NCBI GenBank assembly: GCA_003693705.1
Contig: RBZT01000812.1
Span: forward strand, 1 to 38,188
Direction of reading: 5' to 3'
Origin: Polymyxa betae A26-41
Lineage: Eukaryota; Protista; Endomyxa: Phytomyxea
DNA length: 38,188 bases
Shown: positions 21,501 through 35,777 of the stretch, piece after piece
Layout of the letters: every line of letters begins with the position of its first letter
How positions within the stretch are numbered: the stretch's first letter is position 1
Notes under the pieces: generated by a model
Told to the model about the DNA's origin: nothing
The model's database searches: none
Seen by the model: only the letters and a program-made list of their open reading frames with translations
Program-made: the position numbers and the translations under genes

Positions 21501-24500
21501 CTCATGACAACCGATAGCCCGGATCTCATAAGACGTCAGCGAGGTTAAACCGGTCGCGCGATATGCACGCGCAGCACCGCGATACACCTCGGAAAATTCA
21601 TCGCTCGGCAGAGATCGCATCTCGACAGAGTACTCGGTCGGGGTAATTAACTCGTCGGAAGCCGAGCACGGCTCCCAATAAATTTCTAAGGCGTCGGTTG
21701 TAACTTCTTCCAGCAACGGCATCGATGGTGCCATGACCGTTGTCGAGCGCGGTGCACTCGATTTTGACTGAGCGATCAGCAAGCGGCGCTGGACCGTATC
21801 GACGGTCGCCAAAAGGCAAATCTTCGCACTAGCGATACGCGATTTGATTAGGCGATCCTCTTCGGATGCCACACGAAGATCAGCCACCTTTTCAAGACCT
21901 GCGTATTTTGTCAAAATTGATATTCGAAAACAACCATCTGGTAAAAAACTTACCGGTAGATCGAATGGATGACAAATATCGAGGAGCGAATTCCAAGAAA
22001 ATTTCATCTCTTTCGTCAGCTAATGTGTAGACAAACCGGCTCAGGATATCGAGGACGATCTCTCGCAAAGTTAGGTTTGGAGATCGCAGAGTGCGGCACA
22101 GCCGCTCAATGACCATTAGCCGAACGCCAGGGGTCAACCAAGGAAGTCGAATCAGATGCGTGAACACCCAGAATGTTAATTCCAGCCTCGGTTTGGATAG
22201 CGCATCGAAATCGGTACACGATAAGTCACGATTTCCCCAGAGACAACTGTTATAATCGGGTAAGGCCGCCGTTTCGATATGTCGCAGGAACTCCTCAAGC
22301 AGAACATCCTGGAAGCGGCGAGCTTTGACTTCTGTGACATCGTCGCGGAATAGTGCGTCGATGTTGTCAAGTAACAGTTTTTCGGTAGTTGAGGTTAAGC
22401 GATTCCGGAATGCGACCAGTTTGATGAATCGAATCAGCAGATGCGGATCTTGAAGAGCGCAATCGCGCAGAGGAAGCGCGGCGTGGGCCAATCGCGGCGC
22501 CAGGAACGCTTCGATGACGGCTTGGCGAGAGAACAGAATTCCAAGAGCATCGTCCATCTCTTTCACGTTACGAAGCGTTTCAGCATATCCGAAATCGTGT
22601 GCATCGTCATCGAGACCGATAGTGACAGGAACATTGGTGTTCGCGCTTTCTGCGACATGATCAACTTCAAGGTACGACTCAATAGCACACGGATGCAGAG
22701 CGCCACGGTCGCCGTCCGCAAAGTAACGCTCGGCGTAGATATCTGTGCCGGTTTCGCGGCCAGACTGATCTTCGAGCGACGTTAGATCGATACTGGGCAA
22801 ACCGTTGAGGGAAGGTTGTTGGTGCAGCAACACAGTAACCGGGCCTGACGGCGATCGCGGAGCAGAAATCGCAGCGTCTGCTGCCCGTTTTGCGGTTTCG
22901 AGTTGTTCTATATTCACGAGAAGATATTCGACAGCGGCATTTTCATCCCAGGCAGAGTTCTGCAAAGCGACCCGACAGAATTCGCGATCAAATCCCATGG
23001 CTGCAACGTGGTCGATTTTCGTCTCTTGCAGGAGTTGCTCTTCCGTCAGAGCCACGGTCGATGCGGGTGATGCCAAGGGTGTCGGTGGCCGCGTGCCCGG
23101 TCCTTCTTTGGGTGGGTTCAAATACATATCGCGCCCATGGCGGAGCTGTGCCCATAAAAACTGGTGTCGACTCTCGATCCCTGGTAGATCCAGGCGTGAT
23201 TCTAGGAAGGTCGGCATGGAACCGACATTCAATAATCGTGGTAGGAAGTCACCCAGTTCGTTGTCAACATTGGCGTTAATGACCATAATGTGAATAATCT
23301 TCAACAGCATTGAGCTTAAACGGCCACGAATTACAAGAGCCTCAAGCTGTGTGAGCTCAATGTCTTCGGAAATGGCGGCAGGGTAATCACACAGCACCAG
23401 TGTCGACAGATGCAGTAGAAGTTCGCGGAATTTTGCGGCCATCGGGCCGGCAGCAATCTCGTCGAAAATCGTACCGGCCCGAACCGGATACGGGACAGGG
23501 ATTTTCGGACGCTTGCTATCAACCACAACTCTCATCGTCTGCGATCGCGAATGGAACTGGCATATTGTCCCAATCTCATTGTTGTCGAGTCGAACTCGTG
23601 CGCCCAAACGCAACATAGGTTGATGGCCTCCCAAAACGGAGAGGGCACTGAGAGCGTAGCTCAGCGAGCTGGACTCAAACAATTCCGGGTTGATATCTGA
23701 TGAGCGCAGCATAGAAAGCAACGACGGGATCTGATCGAGAGCGCGGGCGAGCGGTCCGCTAGCAGCCGGTAGTGTCCGTAATAGCATTATCGCTTCGTCA
23801 GCGACAGCCAGGCGATGGTGTTCAGTGCGTTGGGCAGAAGTGGGGACCGACCATGTCCAAAGCGTAGCAGCAGCGCATTCGATTAAAAACGTAACCAGGA
23901 GATAGCGACGATGCGATTCGGTGCGATCTGAATCGACATCATCATCGATATGCGGAAGAAGACGGCGTAGAAGGCGTAGCGCTCGAATTCGAACGCCGAG
24001 CGAACCGACATCAAGCAATTGCTGCAATAGATCAAGCCAAAGGTTAACGTTATGTTTCAGTAAGAAACTGGGACCGATCGCCCAGAGCAGCGCCAACAAC
24101 TGCGATGAGGTCTTATCGACAGGATCAAGTTCAGGTCGTCCACCGGCGAAGATGTGCTCAATTTCGGACTGTGGCACTGCACGACGAAGGAAAACAACCT
24201 GACAAACGAGGCCATCGAAACCGACAGCATCACTGCCGTCTATTGCTTTGCCGATGAAGATGGGCGCGATCGTTGCCGATGGCGACCTAGCAGAGCTCTG
24301 CAAGGTTCGCTGGGTAACGGTGGCACCATCCGACGTCGCTACGTACAGCGAGGCGTTGCGCTTCGAAAGGGTGAACGTTACATGGACCCATTGCAACAAC
24401 GGGATTGGAGCGCTACACGTCAGGATCTCGTTGCCATTCGAAGTAGTGACGACAGCCTGAATTTTTCGGTCGTATCTGGACAAAACAATCTTGGGCGCAA

Positions 24501-27500
24501 ACACTTGCGTCGAACCCAGGCGCATGCACACAACTTGCTCGGGGTTTGAAACAAGAGACGAATTGGCCGACAAATGCATCCAGAATGCGATCGTATAATC
24601 AGGGCTCGCTTTGGTATCGGTAGAGTGGACCGGAAGACGGAACCCGAGTTGCTCTGGTTCAACCTTAACGGCAGACGATAGCAGTAACTGTGCGTCAGCC
24701 GGTACCCAGCCACCAACACCGCCACCTGTATGATTAGAGGTGCTATTGCGGCGAGCGCGATGCGCGAGATCGCGGCTGGCAAGACATCGTTGCAGCTCAA
24801 CGCAAATGGCGTCCAGAATGGTGCGAGAATCACTAAAGGCGAGCTGCGCCGATAGCAGTCGGAACACTTTCCAGATTAGGCCATATAAACAGCGAACAGG
24901 AGAAGTTCGTTCGCGGCTTAGCAGGCTTTGCAGAACAGGAATAGCTTGCGCCTGCCAAATCAAAGTATGGTCGCTTAACTGCAGGTGCTGGCCCAGTACA
25001 ACGAGACATGCTTTGCCGAGCATTACCATCTCCTGGGAAACAGAGCCATCCTCCTCTCCACTGCCATCAATCTGTTTTCAGAATTAACAATCCGCAAATA
25101 GCTGACAAACCGGAGATATGATAGCACAGAAAAGAGTAGCCTTGGAAACGAGACCATTTTAAGAATCACAGAAACCCAATTCACAGAAATATATTAATTT
25201 ACCTCCTGGAGCGTCTTCGTGGCAATATTGAAGATGGACAGGGCCTGATGTTGAACGCGCTGAGCCAAATGTCCGGCACAGCCATCAAGACCAGTAAGCG
25301 GAGAGCGATAATCCAAAGCAGCAGGAAGACAAAGCAGTAACTTGGCGCGAACAGATGGCAATGTAATTAGTGCCAATAAACGTCTCAAATGGTATAATCC
25401 ACGAAGACGTTCAACAGCGCGATCGCGCTGAACCATCAGTGAATCGCGAATGGAAGTGAGGTCAATATCTTGAGCGCTGAAGAACCGTCGCAGTACGGAG
25501 TAAGGCGAAGCAGTAGCGGCTTTTTGCATAATCGCCGACGGAAGTGGTTCACGTGAGAGACGTCGCCATCTATGAACCGTTCGCAACAGAACTCGCAGGA
25601 TCTTCCAGCAGTTTCGGGAACTACGGAAATCACGGCGAATAGGCTTTTCTTCCTGAACGACAACCTGGAATAAAATTTTTAAGCGTTTCAATGAGGACAC
25701 AAAAGTAACAGATCACCTTGGCCCATTCAGGCTTCTCGTTGCCAGCCAATTCTTCGTCGTCAGTGACCTGCTCCAAAACATCAACTTCAGACATTCCAGG
25801 CTCATCATCGTCCGAAATCGACTCGGTGACGTGCGCCGAACTCGAAGTGATAGTCGTTGCAAGATTCAATAACAGTGTTGCTTTGGATATTACCGGCTGT
25901 GCGAATGTTTCGTACCCAGCGCCTGCATCGTCATTAGCGGATAGAGCGGCCGACCTAAACACAACTGTTAGTATTGATCAAATTCGGAGAAGAAACAAGG
26001 CCTCGATAGCATTGATTTCCAGGAGTTTCTCGCCAAGAAAAATGAAATGAACAAAACGCTTCAAATGTACCTGTTGAACATAATTTGCGTTCTGATAGAT
26101 TGAGCTTCTCTCCAAATTTCAACAAGTTCGACGGGGACCTTCGGCAAAGCTCGAGAATTACTCTTCGCCAGCAGACGAGCGTATAACACTGCCTCTGCGC
26201 CAAGATGCTGATGGTGGAGAAAAGCAGCAAAGACAGCGCGAGTAGCGCGATCAAGCCAAAGCTGGCGCATTCCAACACGCTCTGATCGACGTGCAGTACT
26301 GATCCAATTCCATAAACCCCCGCCAAGAGCTTGGTCCTCAACGATGTCATCATACAATTCTCGGCAGTGTTCTGCAGTGACCGCGAGGGGTGATGTAGAT
26401 CGAGGTGTTGCTGATTGTGTACGGTTGCGCTCTAAACCATAGCGAAATAAGGGAGTGGAGAGCCATGAAGACACCGGTTTCTGATCGGTACGAATCTGAA
26501 TCTTTAAAACGTTGCATATGGCATCGGCAATAACGTGAACACCACCAAAAAGCCAGTGATTGGCACGATCCGAGGCAGTCAGCAATCGGTCACTCCCTCC
26601 CCACTTAAAGGGTTTCTTCGGGTGGGTAATAGACACTGTAATCTTATCCAATAGATTCAGCAGCGATAGAAGTTGTGTTAGTAATCTCGGGCATAGATCC
26701 AAAAGCGATAGGGTTTGGACAAGAGCAGGGCAGATATCGCTAATGACTGACGGCTTCAGTTTCTCCAAAGCCTCATTCGGCGATGCATCCAATAGCGGTA
26801 TACACAATCCGATGGCGGCATCTAAAACCATTCGAGAATAATCGAGCGCGATATCAACGAATGCATTGTGATTATCTGAATACAGAGCGAACAGGTGCGC
26901 TTGTAGGGACGACAAAAACTTGAGCCGAGACTCGCCTGGATGCATAACCAGTAACCGTAACAAATCGAGTAGCTCGCGAGATTTGTGACGAAATGCTGTC
27001 GCCGCATCCGATGGTGATGGCATCAGCTGCGATGTGAGGCTGGGATCAGCCAGGCGTATCAGCACAGAGTCTCCTATACAGCGAGCAGACTCGGTCTCTC
27101 CCAAAATCGACTGCCGTGCCAGGGTAACCTTTGAGTCGCAGGTTGAATAGAAAAGCTCGAGGCCAGTTTGGAGTAGTTCGACGACTTGAGAGTTGATAGA
27201 CATGTTAACTTGATTGACTTCCAATTTGCGATCGGCGACAGAAACGGTGTGTTCGACCAAATTCAATAAGAATTCATGCAAAGACCGGAATGGGAATTTA
27301 GAATTGAATTCTTCACGAAGAGCAACAGGAAGTAACGTCAAACGACGTAGATTTTCTCCCAGAACTCGGAAGGTTTTCCTCATAATAAACCAGTGTAAAT
27401 GCCCTACAAGAATGAGAACAGGACAAAAGACAAAGTAGGAAACGCACCTGATCCGTAATCTTCAGATAGCGCCTTGATGGTATGAGTTAAGATCGCCATC

Positions 27501-29793
27501 ATTGAAGAGAAACACCCCGGACGAACATCAATGCAGAATGGCGATACGAGCAAATCATTAGCGGCGCCTTTACTGAAGTCAGACGGCTGTTCCGAAGCGA
27601 GCCTGCCAAGATGTTGCAGCGTAATAATTGCAACAGCAACAGGAGCATGCAAGGCGTTCTCATCTTGTATATCGGTGTGAAGATGCTGCATGACGCTTTC
27701 GTCTTCTTCTTCAGCTTCGGAAGGCTCTGGTTGAACATTTGCAGCTGGCAACATCGCCACTGGTAATGGACGACCGCCAGTCCCAAACAGCCCGGAATCT
27801 AACGGCTCACCTGTGATTGCCATCGTGTATTTGTCACCGGCCCGGATGCAGCGCAACGATTTCCCGTTCAAAGCCGTCACAGCCATAGGCGTATGTGAGT
27901 AGGTTTCACTACCATGTCCGAGCTGAAATTCACTGCCACCACCCCACGTCCATACCTGATTCCAGCATTCAGTATAATAAAAGGACTGAAAAAGTTAATC
28001 ACCTGGCCTTCAGCAGTAATAGCTACACTATGATCAGCACCTCCATCAACCCACACCACTCGATGCTCGCGCAGAGTTGAGACAATCTTCGGATACTCTT
28101 GGCTGTTGCTGTCGCCATGGCCAAGCTTTCCGCTGAGGCCCTCTCCCCAGGAATACAGCGTTCCGGAATCCGTAATTGCTAATGCGTGGTCCCAACCAGC
28201 AGCGACAAACAAAACACAGGTTGCTGACAGCGCTTCGATCAGGCGCGGTGCAACTTCGGGTGTACAGCCCCCATGTCCAAGCACAGGACGTGACGCTTCA
28301 TAACCGCTTCCCCAAGAGAATGTTTCGCCCTGGGTTGTAACAGCAATGTTATGCTCCCAGCCACAGGCGATCATCTTGATTTGCCGCTGCGAGAATGATT
28401 CAATGACTGTCGGCACAGTACAGTCCTGGCGGTGCCCTAGACCGAGCTGGCCAGATTCGTTCTTGCCCCAGGAATACACGGTGCCGTTCTCTTCAATAGC
28501 CACAGAATGATAGGCACCACAGGTTATGTAGCAGATAAGAAGGCCTGAAAAAGCTTCGATTGGATGCGGTTCTTGTAAAGGGACTGACGAACGATGACCG
28601 AGACGACCGTTGTTGCCGTCGCCCATAGAGAATACGACACCGTTGGATGCGAGTAATAAAGAGTGTGATAAACCACATGCAACACTGACGATCGGAACGC
28701 CCGATAATTTCGCGATTTCTTTAGGAACCAGTTGATGACTGGCGTTTCCATGCCCAAGGCGCCCATTGTCACCTTTCCCCCAAGAATACGCTTTATCATG
28801 GGCATCAATCGCCAAAGCATGATTAGCAAAAGTAGCAAAATCACGCAAATTCTGTGAAGAGAAAGCAGGCACTTGTGTTGGCAGCGCCTTCTTAGATGAG
28901 CTATTTATCCCAAGGCGACCGTTTTCGCCTCGGCCCCAAGCATATAAATCTCCGCACGGGATCGCCGGACGAGATCCTCCTTCATACATTGAGTGGATCA
29001 GGGACGGTTTCAATGGACCGCTCGCGTTTGCCAGCTGGGTCAGAAATGGGGCGACCTTTAACGACAGCTCGTTGTTGTCTCCGCACAGAATTCGTTCCAA
29101 AACGGCGAGCAGATCAGCCAGGCTCGCGCGTGCTATGGCCAAGCCGAACAATGCCGAAACAGCGTTGCTTGCATAAGCGGCGTGTATCGTTGACGATAGA
29201 GTCGATGTCAAAAACCTGGATATTGAATCTAGGACCCCGATATCGTCGGACGACTTTGCTGCGGTCGGCATCTTAGAGAGCAGCGGCAGTAAGGATTCGA
29301 GAATAGCGGCGCTGACGACTGGTGATTTCGCATCGACATTATCGAGTGTAGCACAAAATAATTTCACCCCTAGCAAGGCTTCAAATGGCAGATTTGCCAC
29401 ATTTTCTTCAGCAGCTGGAGGAGTATTTGCAGGTGTTGCAGAAATAGGTATAGATGTGTTTTGAGAACTGGTTCGATGCAACGCAGCAGCGACATTCTGC
29501 AGTAGAATCTCCCGCCGCCTAGCGATATCAGCATTGCTGACAACCGCAGATGCAGCAATCTGTTTTAGCAACGACGATATAACGATGGATACATCGTCGT
29601 CCGATTTCATTCTTGACGACAGCATAATTTCTTCCAAAATCCCATCGCTGTTATCATCAACGGTCGCGCCAGGCGCCGACTCCACTCCGGTCCGGATCAA
29701 ACTCGCGACGTATGCGTTGTCGAGTATACGGGAGAGGTCGACGGCGGCCCAATCTGGATCGCCTCGCGCCGCCGTCGACGTCGTGAGACCCAT
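18506..29793 (-). CDS. Giant HERC-like HECT E3 ubiquitin ligase (RCC1 repeats, LamG-like, UBA, FN3, SPRY, HECT)
   Basis: RCC1 repeats at ~27800-28960 (YAWGRGENGRLG, VACGLSHSLLL, YSWGKNESGQLGLG); LamG-like at ~24100-24620 (YTIAFWM, QWVHVTFT); UBA at ~22900-23020 (MGFDREFCRVAL...AAVEYL); FN3 at ~21460-21720; SPRY at ~20820-21450; HECT at ~18506-19620 (FKVKFIGEGVTDNGGPYRE, and LPQSHTCFF with the catalytic Cys). The likely start is MGLTTS at 29793. Confidence 0.92.
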
Positions 29794-30194
29794 TGTGACT
29801 GTGTGCGGCGGTTGTACGCACAAGATCTCCTGGGTTAAATCTCGATGGAGATAACGATCATCCTTCAAGAAAGGGGCGCGACAGGGCCAGGGTTGCGCCC
29901 ACTCAGTTTTTAGCCACAGGTCCCGTTACGTGCCCGATCATGCATAACGGACGCCGCGCCTCGGACTACATATTTGGGCTGCCTTGGCTTAAAACCAGCC
30001 ATTGCCTGAAAAGGAGTCTTGCACCCAAAACGTCAGTGTACTTTAACGGTTATTCAAGCACTTGCCGTTTTTGGATAAAAACGTCTGTGAAATATCAGAT
30101 CATTTTCAAATCGAATATTAGAACGAAATAATCTGTCGAGATTTTAGCAAGTTCATTCAAAAGAGGGGATCCTTTTTTCAAAAGATAGTTTTAG

Positions 30195-31207
30195 TTAGTA
30201 TAATGTTCGTAATCTGTGGAATGGATGGTTCTTGCGGTCAATTGTCTTAGAATAATTCCAGAGATAGAAGTCGATTAGAGTAACATTTCACAGGGAGTCG
30301 CGCCCAAGTAGCCCAATCGACAGCCAGAATAAAAGCGCCACGAATCTCGATCTCCTCTCGCCCGTACATGACAACGTTCTCATTGAGATCGTTGACGCCC
30401 TGTGCTGGGGCCAGCGTTGCCATTAGTTGAGGCGAGTATTCATGGATTCCCAGCTCAAGCAAGGCCTGAGGGACACGATAATCGGCGAACATTGTAATAT
30501 CATCGATAATGTCAAATCGGCCAAGGTTCGCACTGTCATAGCAAGTCCATAAACAGCGGCCAGAATTTTAACTCTGTTCAAGAACTTATGACAACCATCA
30601 GCAGTCTGCAAAAACAGTTGAATTAGCAAACTTTTAATCGACAAAAAGATTGTGATACTGATTGCGAAATTAAGAGAAATGTTCTAGGACGAGCTCAATA
30701 AGCTTGTAGATATCATGATCGGTCTGCCTAACAACATTGGGAAAATCGCTCCGGAACTGCTCAACTGAGTTTCCGGTGCTGGTCAGGATCGTTAACCGCT
30801 CCATAAGAAGTGGAATGTCGCAGTTGACGCCACGAGCGCTATGACGCCACGAGGCTTCATCAAGATCGCGCCAGATTGAGCAATCGGTCATTGGAATAGC
30901 CTTTAAAAGAACCCGCTTGGTTATCAGATACAGCGAGGCATACCCAAACTCTTCTTTCCCATTGAATTCTGCTCGATACGGATCCGAAGGGTCTCTGTGC
31001 CAGAACGAAAAATTCAAGGACCCTATTATAAACACCGAATTGGCACGAAGCTATCGTTAGGGTCGGGTGAAGGTCAAATTCAGTATAAATCGCACGATGA
31101 GGAGTCTGCGTTCGTAAGATATCTGCGAATCGTTTGACGCTGTCATCGTTGATGCTGACAAGGCTGAACTCGATAGTCTCCAGGGTTGGGATAACAAGAC
31201 GAGACAT
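30195..31207 (-). pseudogene. QNG1: Queuosine salvage protein (DUF2419 / QNG1 / C9orf64), pseudogenised
   Basis: The motifs LHP, SLNFSFW, GYASL, IPLLMER, ITMFADYRVPQAL, EEIEIRG, LIDFYLW and PFHR occur in the expected order but are split by frameshifts (~31040-31065, ~30553, ~30290-30310) and an in-frame TAA (30670-30672, EHFS*FRN). Confidence 0.85.
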
Positions 31208-31378
31208 CTTCCGACTTTGAAGGAAATTGCAGATTGATGGTGCTGGTCTATCACAAATTCTTTACCGATCCGTTCGTTGTCGTTTGCTTCGGTCAATGTG
31301 AAGCTGGTTGGAAATGAATACAATAGTCTATACATTTCATATTAAGATCTTATAATAAATAAAGAGAGCGGTAATGCG

Positions 31379-33187
31379 CTATAGGGAAAGACTCGATGTA
31401 AATAAAGCAGCTGCGAATGTCACTTCGAGTTTGCTGTTGGACATTACAATGGAAGCTGGTATCGACTCAGGTGTTCTGACGAGGCTTGGCGATAAGCATA
31501 CACAGATATTATACATGTTCATCTTGGTGGCTTCTGCATTGGCAACAACCTATACAAGCAATTTCAGTTTGTGACGGAACAGTACCGCTGACTTTCACAA
31601 ACTTCGTCTACAACTCCTTTTAGTTCAATGAGAACGATCTTGCTGGACCTAGACAAAAGTTTTTGCCAGAGACGTGATAACGTCAGTTGTTGCTCTGACC
31701 CCGATTGTGCACCGATCTTGAGTACTTCATCGTAATGTTCGTTTGGAATTAATGGCTGAGGCAGGCCCCTCAGCCATTCTTTCAGAACAACAGCCAACAG
31801 ATGCGCAGACTCAACTGTTTGCAAAGTGGCTTGAATAGATTCTGAAGACTCAATCTGCAAAAATAAATTTAGAAGACTCGGAAGAATGAAGCGAACTGCA
31901 CACCTGGCGTTTCAATGCCGCGATCTGGCTTTTATCTGGAGAGACTCGGAAGATTCCCTCAACATTGGTAAAAGCGTTTAAATCTCGAAGTCGCCGAATC
32001 AATTGCTTCAATAATACTGGGGCATTTCCGTTATTAGAATTAATCAAATCATCAAGAGATTTTCTGTTACACTTTTACTCAGATGTCAAGCAATATAATT
32101 TTCCAAAATATTACCTGAAAACAGAATCTGGTGGACTAACAGGGAGGTCGAACAGGAACACCGATTTTTTTCGGGTGTGCAAAATCTGATCGGGAATGCT
32201 GGCGGTCAGATTTAACCGAAGGATTTCATGCGATTGCAACGTTCGCAGCTTACGAGATGATGTCTTGAACGAATTGTGTTAAGTCCCTTGCGATGTCGAT
32301 CCGATCGCAGAGAGATTGTAATTGGATTGCTTCTTTCTGTGTATTTTCTGACAATATCTGAACCTCCGAACTCGCTATCTTCAGCTGATTTATCAGAATC
32401 GCACCGCGATCGAGTTCCAGGCATTCCAATGCAGATAGAACTTCTGGAAGGCAAACGTTGAAATACCTGCCCAAAAAATAAACGACATCTCACTCTATGA
32501 GCTTTCGTTTTAGACCTTTCTTGGAGAATGCTAGCAGACTCCAACATCTCATCGTAAAGAGAAGTCGCTGTGTCCAACTTCTCTGTAGCTTCACTGACGG
32601 TTAATGCTCTGGCCCCAAGCGTGCCAGCAAGTTTGAAAAGCCTCGACGGCTTGTCGTGTCCCGCAAAATCAGGCGCTCCTGTTTGGCTTTGCTCATATAA
32701 GCGCATGCATTGCGATTTCTGTTTTGATACAGCGCTTTTTTGATTCTCGAGCAATAATCTCTCCTCTTTTTCTCGTTTTGTTAACATCTTCAACCGAGAA
32801 ACCCCGTTTTTGTGAAAACGATCTAAAGGCTAACACAATTATCGTTAGTTTGTGGAGATTTAGAGGGCATCATCATCTTACTTCGCCAACTTGTTCAGCA
32901 ATCCGTCGTGCCAAATCGCTGCGGTGCTTATTCAGTTGCACCATTGAAGTCAGTGTGCCCATAACTGCCTGATGGACAGTCGCCATTCCGTCTCTGGCTT
33001 CTCCACTGGAATGCATTTTCGCTAACGCTTCAGAAACAAGCTTGTTGACTCGCTGCGTATGATCGTCTTCCATCGATGCCACTTTCAGCATGACGGCCGA
33101 TAGGTCCCTCATGTGTTTCAGCCCAATATCGGCCTGCTCCATGCCCTTTTCGGGGCAATGCAAGAGAGCGCTTTCGAACGACGACAT
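31379..33187 (-). CDS. F-BAR (FCH) domain RhoGAP protein
   Basis: An N-terminal FCH-like helical region (MSSFESALL...GLKHMRDLSAVMLKVASMEDD) and coiled coil precede a RhoGAP domain: PVLLKQLI, VEGIFRVS (arginine finger), AVVLKEWLRGLPQPLIP, VVANAEATKMNMYNICVCLSPSLVR. Confidence 0.88.
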
Positions 33188-33635
33188 TGTCGCTCTCGAT
33201 GATGATTAGACGTCAATGGAGACGCATAGACTCTGGAACAGGTGGTACAGCAGATAAACAGATGAGAGGCCACATTCGGTAACATTAGCGAGGTCTGATA
33301 ATGACGACGTGTATTGTCGATATTAGGGAAGCACCTAACAGCCACGCTCTGTTTTCGTAAGCCCATCGGTGGTGGTAAGCAATGCCTGTGCAATTCTTGG
33401 AAGATGACAAGATCATCGCTATTTTTTTCATAAGATGGTATTTTAAAGAAGTCGACACTACGGGAAATTCGAATCATCATGGTTTTCATTCCAGAATCAA
33501 GATTTCAGTAAATTGCGAAATAAATAAGAATGATGCTGCCTTTTAAGTATTGATAAGCCTGAGATTTGAAAATCTCGCCAATCAAGGTCCGCATCGGAGC
33601 TTTCTTGACCGATTCCAGCTCCAGCAAGTCTAGTC

Positions 33636-34922
33636 ATGGAAGATTTTCCTGAAATCGACGTCGATGCCTATGGCAGAACACTCTTGGACAAGAGTGCCTC
33701 AATGAGTGCCCGCATCCAATCAATTTTCTACTTGAAGCATGCGGTCTCCAGCTCCAACGCTGCTATGGACTTCATGATTCAAGGTAGGAAACCCATCTTC
33801 TGGTTTCACCTTCAACTGATATCCGCCGTTTTCACCACCACTCTTTGACAATTACTAATATATGAAGCCCGTTCTTCATCGTTATGTTTGTTAGAGGCCA
33901 TCGACTTGCCTCTGTCATTTTCTGATGACACAGCTTGGCCTCTTTCCTGTTGAAGCCTAGGGTTTGCTGAGTGTAGCTTAGGCATTTATGACAAGTCTGT
34001 GCTGCTATCTCATGAATGTGCCTACTGCCTTGGTTCGTTCATTGTGGATTTCATTCGGCTATGTCTAACATCGCCCGTAGGGCAGACCCAGAATCCGTAT
34101 GGCTTACCGGCCCTGAGGAAGGTCCTAGAAGACAGGACACTGCATCCTATTCTACGGCATGAAGCTGGTGAAGGAATTGGGGCTATTGGTTTGGATGAGG
34201 ATTTGCCTTTGCTCCAGAAATACGCTAATGACGAAGCTGTTGAGGTACGCTCTTTAACAAAGGTCTTTAGCATTGCTTTAACAGTGAATCTTATATAGGT
34301 AGCTGAAACATGTCAGATTGCTATTGATAGAATACATTCGGGGCATCTAGCTGTCTTTGACGCGCGTTTCGAATCGGTGGATCCAGCGCCTTCCGCAGAG
34401 ATTCCTGAAGGTTGTACTAACTCTTTAGAATCGGTTCGCATTTGGGGCGATAACTTAAGAAACGAAAAATTATCGCTGTTCGAACGCTATCGAGCCATGT
34501 TCGCTCTACGCGATGACGGCTCTGATGAAGCTGTTAAAGGTTGCTTGATGCTGCTTTCAACACATTGTCCGCTTACAATCTTTGTAGAATTATGTGCTTC
34601 GTTGTTTGAGCGAAAGAGTGCTTTATTCCGCCATGAAGTCGCCTACGTCCTTGGCCAATTACAAAGCCCACTTTCTCGTGATGCTTTGATGCAATCTCTA
34701 AAGGTGTGCAATTCCCTTTGATTGAATTTATTCAAAACGTTTACGCTCTGTCAGGACTCATCGGAGCATGAAATGGTTAGACATGAAGTAGCAATTGCTC
34801 TTGGTGCCATTGCTAATCAAGAAACTGTTGAGCTCTTGAAAGGATTTCTGACCGATCCAGAAGACATTGTCAGGGAGAGCGCCGAGGTCGCTTTAGATCT
34901 TCATCAGCACTGGAGCGGATAG
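33636..34922 (+). CDS. DOHH: Deoxyhypusine hydroxylase
   Basis: Four HE motifs in HEAT-like repeats (SHECAYCLGQ, RHEAGEGIGAIG, RHEVAYVLGQL, RHEVAIALGAI), plus EVAETC, SVDPAP and LFERYRAMFALRD; GT-AG introns. Confidence 0.96.
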
Positions 34923-35777
34923 GTCGTCTGAAACTTAAATGTCCAAACTGTAAACATTTATATATTCAAAATCTGATCAAATTTCAATCCAATCTTGCTG
35001 ATTTTTCCCAATGTTTAATATAATTAGGTTTTTTATTCATTGCGGGATCATCGAATTGCTCCATTTGTATTCATAATGTCAAAACCAGCCAGAATTTCTC
35101 AATTTCAAAATATGCAAGAGGAAATGCCGGCCTTTGTTCTAAGCAATCTTGTGTCGGCTCCAAAATATCATCCTTGCTTCGTCTCACTCTTTCCAGTCTT
35201 TCCGCGTGCTTGAGTTTAGAAGGCAATTGGTAATGCGATGTTCACCTGCCAAGTACAGATATGTCATTCGACAACGTCCTGGCCACCCACTATTGGGACA
35301 TCAAAAGCTATGAAGCAGGCAGCGTACGATTTTAAATTGTGAATGCCTAAGTTGTTTGACTATTAATCAGATGGGAGCCGTGTTCTATGGTCTAATTGAA
35401 GCCACTTGAGTTAACAGAATGTTTTATACCTGCCAAAAAATCGAGGAATGAGAGCAGTGAAAAGCGTCTGGAGGAGGGCAAACAGATCTGGTCTTTATTC
35501 AAATATACAGCTGTGTGGTTCACAATAACAGTGCTGGGAAATCTGACGAGATTTTGTCGATGTTGATCTGTTTATCGTTACTGAAGTTGTTAAAGACAAC
35601 ATAATCGCAATGTCGTTTGCAACTGATGACAAACCAAAGAATCGGCCTAATCTCGCTTCAGACATCATTACTGTAAGCTTTAGCTGTCGAAGCGGATCCC
35701 GTTGGTCTAATATCAGTTACGGTTTCTCGAATCGTGTCACGGAGAAGGGGGAGTACGCCCCCGTAACGTCACTGCCA

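Noticed and set aside
18812-29854. Many plus-strand ORFs antisense to the HECT ligase
   Set aside because: Shadow ORFs of a long coding strand, with no motifs.
30195-34922. QNG1 and DOHH as a translation-modification gene cluster
   Set aside because: They are separated by an unrelated RhoGAP, and nothing suggests co-regulation; proximity is expected by chance in a compact genome.
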